Assembly (NCBI GenBank): GCA_049999805.1
Contig: JBNGIO010005778.1
Coordinates: 36,155-79,855 of the forward strand
Reading direction: 5' to 3'
Source: Folioceros fuciformis
Lineage: Eukaryota
Length of the DNA stretch: 43,701 nt
In this document: positions 35,300-43,701 of the stretch, piece by piece
How the letters are laid out: each line of letters begins with the position of its first letter
Numbering within the stretch: position 1 is the first letter of the stretch
Notes under the pieces: model-generated
Told to the model about the DNA's origin: nothing
What the model saw: only the letters and a program-made list of their open reading frames with translations
Databases searched by the model: none
Made by a program: the position numbers and the translations under genes

Positions 35300-38200
35300 A
35301 TGAATCATCCATCATGCAGTTACAGGGTGGGCAGGACGGGGAGGTCTCCTCTACAGAGGAGTCACAAGGTGGGTGATGAGGATGGAGTGCTGGGTGAAGC
35401 CCTTCGGACAATGGCCCTTATGGACCAGCAAGGAAGTTTCCTGTCCACCGATGTGTTGTACGGAGCCCTCAAGGGATGCATCCAGGACAAGAACGTGGAC
35501 ATGGGCAGGCGTGTTCATGGCCTTATTGTGAAAAGCGGGTACGAGCTTGATCCATTTCTGGCAAACCACATCATCCGCATGTATGCTGCGGCTGGGAGTC
35601 TGCCGGAAGCAAACCAAGTGTTTTTCAAGCTGCCTACACCAAACGCATTTGTGTGGACCTCCATTATTGCAGCTCATTTGGAGCACGGCGAAGCAGATGG
35701 AGCTGTCAAACTGTATAGACGGATGCGAGAGGCAGCTGCTGTGAGGCCAGACGACCATCTCTTTGTGGCAGTCCTGAAAGCCTGTGCTGCTTCAGGTGAT
35801 TTGGCTGCTGGCAAGCTGGTGCATGCCCATGTGGTCGACTGTGGGTTGGAGCAAAACGTTTTTGTCGGGAACTCTCTGGTGGACATGTATGCAAAATGTG
35901 GGAGCATTCAGGATGCCCGCACCGTGTTTGATAGGTTGCTCGGCAGAGATGTGGTCACGTGGAGCATCATGCTTGCAGCATGTATCCAGCATGGATATGG
36001 TGAGGAGGCTTTGAAGCTGTATGAGAGCATGAAGGAGGATGACATTAGTCCGGACAGGGTCATGTTTGTGAACCTGTTGAAAGCCTGTAGCAGCACAGGA
36101 GCGGTCCAGGCAGGCAGGCAGATGCACTGTCAGATCGTCAAAACGGGATTCGAGTCAGACTTGGGGGTGGGGAACACACTGGTGGACATGTATGCCAAGT
36201 GCGGGGACTTGGTGGCTGCTCGTAGAGTGTTTGACCAGTTGGTTTGCCGTAATGTGGTGACTTGGAATGCCATGATTGCAGGCTATGTTGCTCAAGGGCG
36301 TGCTCAGGAGGCCCTCTTCCTTTACGAAGCTCTGCTGCAGGAGAAATCGACGGGGGTGGTACCGGACAATGTCACTTTCATAAGTATCTTGAAAGCGTGT
36401 GGAAGTGTGCAAGCGATTCAGGAGGGCAAGCGGATTCATTCCGAAATTGGGAAGAGAGGCTTTGGTGCAGATGTCTCATTGGGGAATGCTGTGGTTGATA
36501 TGTATGCCAAATGTGGAGACTTGTGTGATGCTCGCACAGTTTTCGACATGATGCCGAGCAGGAATGTGGTTTCATGGAATGCCATGATTGGCGGTTATGC
36601 CCAGCACGGGCAGGGTGAGGAAGCATTGAAGCTGTTTGATAGCATGCAGCAGACTAGTGTCTCGCCACCAGACAACATAACATTTGCCAGCGTTTTGAAG
36701 GCTTGTGGCAGCATGGGAGCCCTGCAGGTAGGCAAGCGGATTCATGACCAGATTATGAACAGAAATCTGCACTGGGATGTGGTGGTGGGAAGCTCACTGG
36801 TGGACATGTACGCTAAATGTGGGAGCCTTGATACAGCTCGCCAAGTCTTTGACAGCTTGCCTGTCAGAAATGTTATAACATTTACTACGATGATCAGTGG
36901 ATACGTGGAGAATGGTTGTCATCAAGAAGCTCTGAGCCTGTATGTAGATATGGAACAGCAGCATGGTGTGGCAGCAGACCAAGTCACCCTGGTGAGTGCC
37001 TTGAAAGCGTGTGCTAGCCTAGGTGCCCTGCAGATGGGTAAAGACATCCATGCGCAAATCGAGGAAAGGGACTGTGCAATGGATGTCTCCGTGGGGAATG
37101 CCCTGTTGGAGCTGCATGCAAAATGTGAGAACCCCCACTGCGCGCGCCTGGTGTTTGACAGGCTAAAGATTAAGAATCTGGTGACATGGAATACCATGAT
37201 TGCAGCATATGTGGGGCATGGACATGGGCAGCAGGCTCTTCATCTATACTCTGAGATGCTGCAAACAGGCATCGCTCCAGACTTTGTGACTCTGGTGAGC
37301 ATGGTGAAGGCTTGTGGCATGGCTGGAGCCATAGACGAGGGCAAGCGCATTCATGCCCATATACTGCAGAAGGTGGGACTGCTAGAAGAAGACCAAGATA
37401 GCATGTGGGTGCTTGGGAGTGCCCTGGTGTCCATGTACGGTGGGTGCGGGAGCCTGGAGGATGCCCGTAGGGTGTTTTACAGGCTACCAAAACGAAATGC
37501 CGTGACCTGGACGGCGCTGATGGATGCCTACGGCCAGCACAATGAGGGCAGCATGGCAATGCAGTGTCTGGAGGAGATGATCCAAGAAGGTGTGCAGCCT
37601 GATGCTGGAACGTTTACTTGTTTGCTTGTGGCTTGTAGCCATGCAGGGCTGGTGAATGAGGGGCTGCAGTACTTGGAAAGCATGGAAGCAGACCACGGAA
37701 TCAAGCCCAGGCTTGAGCACTATAACTGTGTAGTGGACCTGCTTGCCAGGTCAGGTCGGCTGCATGAAGCGGAGGCCCTTTTGCGCGGCATGCCAGCATT
37801 GAAGCTGGACAGCGTTGGTTGGACTGCGTTACTGAGTGCATGCAAGACTTATGCTGGCGGCCGTCTGGACGTGGCAAGGCGCTGCTTTGAGCAACTGGTG
37901 CAGCTGGATCCCCAGGGAGCTTCTGGGTATGTGCTCATGTCAGACATATATGCCAGTGCTGGGAGGTGGGAAGAGATGGAGGCGGTAGATCAGCTCAGGC
38001 TACGTGCTGGAGCTGATAAGAAGCCCGCCCAGGCAAGTATCCAGGTCGAGGGTAAGGTCCACCAGTTTGTTGTCGGGGCGAAGAGGGACGACACTTCGGC
38101 CAAGCTGTCCAGTTTGATGAATCTGGAAACGGTTACCAGGGAAGAAACTGCCGACAAGTACGACGACGCAGGCCTGTGTGGGCATGCTGAGAAATTGGCT

Positions 38201-38392
38201 TTGGCATTTGGCCTTCTGAATACCCCTGCTGGTACGAGTCTTGTTGTGGTCAAGAATTTGCGAATGTGCAACCAGTGTCACAGCGGCACCAAGATGATTT
38301 CTAGGATAGAAGGTCGAGAGATTATTGTAAGAGATGCCCTCCGCGTGCACCACTTCAAGGACGGTGCTTGCTCTTGTGGGGATTCTCCTTGA
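35300..38392 (+). CDS. PLS-class PPR-DYW protein of the DYW:KP subtype (candidate U-to-C RNA editing factor)
   Basis: 1030-aa ORF with PLS triplets, E1-E2, KKPAQASIQVEGKVHQFVVG (KP box), LCGHAEKLALAFGL, KNLRMCNQCH, and RDALRVHHFKDGACSCGDSP stop. Confidence 0.95.
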   Translation: MNHPSCSYRVGRTGRSPLQRSHKVGDEDGVLGEALRTMALMDQQGSFLSTDVLYGALKGCIQDKNVDMGRRVHGLIVKSGYELDPFLANHIIRMYAAAGSLPEANQVFFKLPTPNAFVWTSIIAAHLEHGEADGAVKLYRRMREAAAVRPDDHLFVAVLKACAASGDLAAGKLVHAHVVDCGLEQNVFVGNSLVDMYAKCGSIQDARTVFDRLLGRDVVTWSIMLAACIQHGYGEEALKLYESMKEDDISPDRVMFVNLLKACSSTGAVQAGRQMHCQIVKTGFESDLGVGNTLVDMYAKCGDLVAARRVFDQLVCRNVVTWNAMIAGYVAQGRAQEALFLYEALLQEKSTGVVPDNVTFISILKACGSVQAIQEGKRIHSEIGKRGFGADVSLGNAVVDMYAKCGDLCDARTVFDMMPSRNVVSWNAMIGGYAQHGQGEEALKLFDSMQQTSVSPPDNITFASVLKACGSMGALQVGKRIHDQIMNRNLHWDVVVGSSLVDMYAKCGSLDTARQVFDSLPVRNVITFTTMISGYVENGCHQEALSLYVDMEQQHGVAADQVTLVSALKACASLGALQMGKDIHAQIEERDCAMDVSVGNALLELHAKCENPHCARLVFDRLKIKNLVTWNTMIAAYVGHGHGQQALHLYSEMLQTGIAPDFVTLVSMVKACGMAGAIDEGKRIHAHILQKVGLLEEDQDSMWVLGSALVSMYGGCGSLEDARRVFYRLPKRNAVTWTALMDAYGQHNEGSMAMQCLEEMIQEGVQPDAGTFTCLLVACSHAGLVNEGLQYLESMEADHGIKPRLEHYNCVVDLLARSGRLHEAEALLRGMPALKLDSVGWTALLSACKTYAGGRLDVARRCFEQLVQLDPQGASGYVLMSDIYASAGRWEEMEAVDQLRLRAGADKKPAQASIQVEGKVHQFVVGAKRDDTSAKLSSLMNLETVTREETADKYDDAGLCGHAEKLALAFGLLNTPAGTSLVVVKNLRMCNQCHSGTKMISRIEGREIIVRDALRVHHFKDGACSCGDSP

Positions 38393-39059
38393 GCCCTAGG
38401 AAGGACTGGCAAAGCAGGTCGGATAAATTATTCTACACAACATAAGCTCCAGCTGAAGCTGGAGCAAGTTGCTCACCTACTTACAGTTTGCACTAAATCT
38501 CGATCTTCCTACTTTACAGTTTGCACTACAACTCGACGTACGATACACGTACCCGCAGAGTAGCTACTCCAGCATCTTCCATGGTTTACCATCAGACTAC
38601 CTTCTGCAACTCTAACCAATGGTGCAGAAGAAAAAATATCTGCTGCGAACGACAGAACGACCGCATGAAAAGAGGAGAGGGCGTGACCTGTGGTGAATTG
38701 TGCACTGTGCCACACAGTCGGGCTGCTGCCAATAAAGAGGGCATTGAGCTTCACTCCGCTGGCGATCCACAAAGTTGCCAACCCTGACAGCATGCTGCCT
38801 CGCAAGACAAACGGTTTACCTCTTCTTCCCCAGCAAGATTGTCAACAACACCAGGCATGAGTCTTCCCATTGGGTTGGCCAGCATGTCAGGGAAAGGAAG
38901 GGAAGGGGAGGGGAAGGGAAGGACAGGAAAAGCAGTCTTCTCCTGCCCTAGCTGACAGTTGACAAATTCATCCTGGCAATGAAAAGCGAAATCTATACCC
39001 CAAAACCCACACCACTGCAAGAGCAGGGTGACTTTCACTAGTACTTAAATCTTGGCTGG

Positions 39060-41089
39060 TCAAGCACAGAGAACTACGAGACACGTTAGTGTAGACAAGA
39101 CAATCAGAAGAAGGCTAGTGATTGCAGCGGGTCCTCTCAAGGGTAGTGAAGGGGCTGCGCTGGGCAGTTGGGGATAATCATCGGGTTCAGGTAATACACA
39201 GTCGTCACCGTTGAAGTAAATTCTGCGAGGGAATGCCCAACCTTGCTTGAAAGTGAAGGTGGAGGGATCCTTCCGAAATAGAATCTCCGACTGCACATTC
39301 CCGTCAGGCCCAGCTGACATAAGCATGTCGTTGAAGTATTTGATCCCGTAGAAGACTGCTGTATTGTCTGCAGGCAAGGAGCAAAAGGATAGTGTGAATG
39401 AGGTACAACACGTAAGCCCTAGGGTGTGAGCAAAAGGGTGGCAAAAGCAGCAGCGAAGTCCAGCGAAGCAAATAGACTGAGAAGGAAGAAAAGTAGGAGC
39501 CGGGAGGATGGATGACGCAAGCAGGCAGTCAGACAAGCAAAGGCAAAGGAGGAAGTATTTTACTGATGTCGCCGTAAGGAGAAATGCCCCTGTAGGTGAA
39601 ACTAAAAGCTTGGGTGAAGTTGTCAAAGTTGGGATGCTGCACCACAATGTTCCACTGTGTGTAATTGGTGAAAAGGTTCCTGTTGGTGATGGTGATCTTC
39701 GCCCTCCAATACTCCACATAATTGGTTTTGACGTGCCAGTGTATCTTCACCGGGCACATGTCGTTGGTGCAATACAATCCAGGATTCTTTGAGTCCCTCC
39801 TGAGAGCAGCTGCGACAGCAAGTTTGTTATCCCTGCAAGCACAGCAGATGCAGTAGGGCGTGTAAGTGCAATGAAGGGTATGGCAGCAGCAGCAAGGAGG
39901 AACGAGAGAAAGCGAGGCACATTGGGGGTGGTCTCACGGGTCCACACAAGTTGGTCCATAAGGACTGTTCATATCGGCTTGGCAAGCACAGGAGCATGTT
40001 TGACAAGGGACAATCTTTTCGTCGTAGAAGGCCGAATATGAGACGCAGCAGGTGGGTGCCTTGTGTGCCAGGAGTTGTGAGTAGACACAGGTGACATTCC
40101 AGGTCACTGCAAGCCAGAGCGAATTGCCAGTATCGTCAGGAGGAGAAGAAGGCTGATGGTGACGAAGGCAGGCATTGCAGCAGCATGAGGAGCACTTACT
40201 CAGAGCTTGCGAGAACCTTCTGCCATCTGGGGTAGGGAACAGCGTCTGCAGGCCCACTACCGCGGGACCACAGGTGTAACCGGGACCCGGCGTAGACAGC
40301 GTGAAGTCCTTAGGCAGCAACACACTGGTGTTGGAAGTACCAGCCTTGCCCACCATGACCTGAAAGGAAGCCACAGAATTGGCTGGGTCCTGCAAGTAGG
40401 AAGCCAGCACGCCGCCCCGGCAGCAGTTGCCTATCTGATTGTTGTAGGGCACTCCGGGGAGCAAGTCCACGATCTGCGGGTCTCGCTTACAGCAGTGCGG
40501 CAAGGTTCCCTGTTTAAAAGCGCTGCAGTCGCCCTGCATGGTGGCCTGTGCTCCCACCATGGTCCAGATCACCTCGTCCTTCGCCCAAGTCCACCCCAGC
40601 GTCCATCCCGGGGACTGGATGTGCCGGTACTGTTGGAGATTGTACATGGACACCACGGCCTGCAGCAACCCAACATCATTGCATGCCATGGCATTGCATA
40701 GCGTTGCATAGCATACCTCTCTTGGATCAAGGCCAAGGCCAAGGCCCAGGCAAAGGGAAGGCGAGGGGAGGGGCAACGGGAGCATGCTGCTTACCACATA
40801 ACCGTCGCCAGTCCAACTCATGAGATCCCATTTGATTGTAATGGTGCCGTAAGGGTCCAGGACGTCGAGCGCATCTGCAGCGGAGCCAGGGAGGCCGTGT
40901 GAGCAGGAGGAAGGGAAGGAGGCACTGGGTGCTCGGATCCGCAATGCCCACAATGCAGAACGAATGGGCAGTGGATGACAACTGACCGAGCCTGAAGGGA
41001 AGCGTCGAGGCGAGGAGGACGAGGAAGAGCAGGGGCCATGGTGAGGCCCCTGCCGCTGGTTGTGGAAGGAAGGCGGAAAAGGAGGCCAT
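39060..41089 (-). CDS. COBL: COBRA-like GPI-anchored protein, about 6 exons
   Basis: Signal peptide from ATG 41089; LDPYGTITIKWDLMSWTGDGYV; YRHIQSPGWTLGWTWAKDEVIW; PHCCKRDP; CCVS motif (TCCVSYSAFY); CTNDMCPVKIHWHVKTNY; GWAFPRRIYFNGDDC; hydrophobic C-terminal GPI signal. Confidence 0.95.
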
Positions 41090-41969
41090 GTTCCCTCGCT
41101 GTTCCTGCTCCTGCAACTGGTCTGGTTCACCCACGCTATTCTTTCCTCGGCCTGCAGCTGCGGCTGCTGCTGCTGCTGCTTGCTGAGACAATCAGGCACA
41201 GAGTGGGCGAGCGAGCGAGCGAGAGAGAGCGCGCTGCTGCTAACACCAGGAGGAGGAGGAGGAGGAGGAGGAAACAGCTGCAGGCTGGGCTGGCTTAGCG
41301 TAGACCGGCCTGGCATGGGATTGCTCGTGCTGGTTTGCTGCTCCCGAGTCCTCCTCCTCACTGCCCAGAGGCGCCGGATGAGGTGGAGGCGGGAGGCTGG
41401 GCTTCAGCCCTTGAAATGGAAGAAGGTGTGTGCGAGACAGCCAGCCAGCCATCCATTGCCTGGGTTGTGAAAAGGAAAATCCAAGGGGAAGAAAGGACCC
41501 ACAACTGGCACACCACCGGCACCGGCACCGGCACTGGCCTGCGCTGCGCTGCGCGAGTAACGGAGAAGCGACGGTGAAACGCGAGCTCATTGCATTGAGA
41601 TAGTTTTCTTTCCTATTCGTTTCATCCTTTCTCTTGCCCCCAACCACCCATAGTACCCGTCTGCCAACCGACTTCTCGCTACATGCCACTCTCCGTCTCT
41701 CTCAAAGGGGATGCACTAACTACCACATCACCGACGCACCTTGACGCAGCTGTTGCCCTGTCGCCTTTCAGCCGCGTCTCTCATCACACTCTAACCGACC
41801 GACTAACTCACAACCGGAGCGATGGGGCCAGGAGGGGCGGGAACTCGCGTCCTTGCTGCGATTGCGGCTCGTACTACTGCCGCCACTGCAGTGAGCCTCG
41901 AACAACAGTGGAAGCAGCATCTGGTGGTAGGAAGTTGGCTGGCCAAAGGGCAGCTGAACCGAAGGGAGG

Positions 41970-42390
41970 GAGAAAAGGAGGGTACGCTGGAGCTAGCACA
42001 AGAAAGCTATGCGGCGCACCATGAAAGTGGCAGGCATTGTGATGGAGGCGGCAGGGCATCACCAGCGCCAGCGGCCGATGAAACGACCTGGATGAAGCGG
42101 GCAGCACCAGCAGCGTGACACCACGCCGTTGCACTCGAGGCGCGGGGTTGCTGGCCAACTCGGAGGTGCTCTACGTCGGCCTCCTCGAAGACGAGTTCGT
42201 GCCTGGCCTCGTCGATACTGGCCTCCGGCTCCATTTCTCAAGCAGACGCTGTCTCTCTGGCAGGCGTACGTCTCGGTGAACAAGGCGTTAGCTGGCAAGG
42301 TGATGAAGGTCATGGACCGCTGGATGATGTGGACGTCTGGATTCATGAATCCCAGAGGCTGATGCTGCCAATCCCCCCCTGGACCAGGTC
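41970..42390 (+). pseudogene. Fragmented class II trehalose-6-phosphate synthase (GT20) relic
   Basis: Across frameshifts the + strand reads EVLYVGLL, then SLWQAYVSVNKALAGKVMKVM, then DVWIHE..LMLP. These match, in order, recalled class II TPS blocks (IIYVGCL; SLWQAYVSVNKIFADKVMEV; VWVHDYHLMVLP) with most intervening sequence deleted. The 5' boundary is uncertain. Confidence 0.7.
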
Positions 42391-42929
42391 CGTCAACCAG
42401 GTCCACCTCGGCTCCTCTTCCACGCTTCCTTCCCCTTCTTTTGTGATCTGCTGTGTGCTTCTACTCCATTCTCGTTTGCCTTGCCATTTTTCTGTGATCT
42501 ACCGTGTCGTCAGTCTGTCATGTCCCAGGCTTACAGTCTCATTCCTCTATCAATTTCAGGAGGAAAGTTTTTGGAAATTCTCTTGTGAGTTGAGTTGCAT
42601 AAGCGACTTGCTAGACTTCTGTCTGGAATTTTCTCCTCCCTTGATTGCACAGGGGGCACTCCGGAGGTCTAGGCGGTGATGTGTTTTTGAGTTGTCGTCT
42701 GTGTAGCCGTACTGTGAGTATTATGCATTGAGAGTGTTCCGTGCACACGCGTGTCCACCATGGACGATTTTACATCACCCGGAGTGATATGCAGTGGACG
42801 TGGACGTGGCTTCTGGGTTATGTTTACTGCTTCTTTGTTTCACCATTCACCTGTTTCACCATTCACCATTGCCAGGTACTGGGTATGGAATACGGATACG
42901 GTCAGGTTGGCTTTGCCACAAAGTTTTGC

Positions 42930-43190
42930 GCGGTGGTATACGGTTCATTATACTATCCAAAAGTTTTTCGCGATGGTATACGGTTCAGATGGTATACGGT
43001 TCATTATACTACATATGTGCCTCCGTCGGTCGTAGAGTAATGGCATAAGTGAAACAAAATGAAAGTTAAAAGTAGAAAGGTGAAAGTTAAATCTAGAGCT
43101 GTCTTGATGAAAAAGCATATAGTGAAAGTTAAAAATAGAAAGGTGAAAGCTAAATCTAGAGCTGTCTTGATGAAGAAGCAAGTATGCTTC
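42930..43190. repeat. Short tandem repeat arrays
   Basis: TGGTATACGGTTCA three times (~42934-43003), and a ~63-bp unit GAAAGTTAAAA.TAGAAAGGTGAAAG.TAAATCTAGAGCTGTCTTGATGAA.AAGCA twice (43061, 43124). Confidence 0.8.
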
Positions 43191-43299
43191 TTGCTTCTTC
43201 ATTCTAGATTCAAGGTCTAGATTTCCTTTGGAAATGCTTCGTGCTTCCTTTGGAAACAAAATGTGTGTTCCAAGCAAAACCTCCTAAGAAGGATGAAGT

Positions 43300-43701
43300 T
43301 GTAATGACCACTAGTATTCTAGAATGAGTGGTGTGTATCATTCCCAGTTTTAGCAGTGGCTTAGCTGTGGAGTATAAATAAGCCAGTGTTAGCTGTGGAG
43401 TATAAATAAGCCAGTGTTAGGGTCTTAAGGATACTGTGATACACTGATACACAAAGAGGCAGACAATGAGAAGTCTAGCCTGGAGGCATAGCTGGGGAGG
43501 GCTTGAAGAGCAAGCTTGTCAGATAGAGTCAAGGGCAGTAGCCAGTGGGGCGTAGATCGCCAGACTCTTTTGTAAGTAACTGGAATAAAGAGCAGCACCT
43601 AGAGGAGGTGGTCTGCGAGTCGTTAGTGGACGGCGGGCTACTTGGAGCCTAGTGCTGAGTCGTGTGAGAGGGAGTGAGTGAATTGCAAGTGGAGCGCTGC
43701 G
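43300..43701 (+). mobile_element. Possible LTR running off the window end
   Basis: Begins TGTAATG directly after a purine-rich tract (AAGAAGGATGAAG). Contains a perfect 28-bp tandem duplication carrying TATAAATA (43361-43416) and an AATAAA at ~43584. No coding evidence inside the window. Confidence 0.4.

Noticed and set aside
42007-42406. Minus-strand ORFs with coding-like codon bias
   Set aside because: Best explained as the antisense shadow of the + strand TPS relic.

Overview
Gene-dense nuclear DNA of a seed-free land plant with short GT-AG introns. A hornwort is the best fit and a fern or lycophyte is possible; this is inferred from the KP-type and WW-like DYW signatures and long-L (LL) PPR motifs. 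In order: a decayed, 3'-truncated Ty1/copia element (~959-2974); a long PLS-class PPR gene ending at a WW-like PG box (+); pTAC10/PAP3 (-); MAP3K-epsilon (-); about 6 kb of repeat-rich or orphan sequence; a quinone oxidoreductase with an uninterrupted CDS (-); an ARFRP1-like GTPase (+); a head-to-head pair of PLS-PPR genes; a COBRA-like gene (-); a heavily deleted class II trehalose-6-phosphate synthase relic; and tandem repeats with a possible LTR at the window end. The most interesting element is the PPR pair: one gene has LL motifs but no deaminase, the other has a complete DYW:KP domain (candidate reverse U-to-C RNA editing enzyme) with an unusual DSP terminus and a short gating region. 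All family assignments come from motif recognition by eye, not from database searches.
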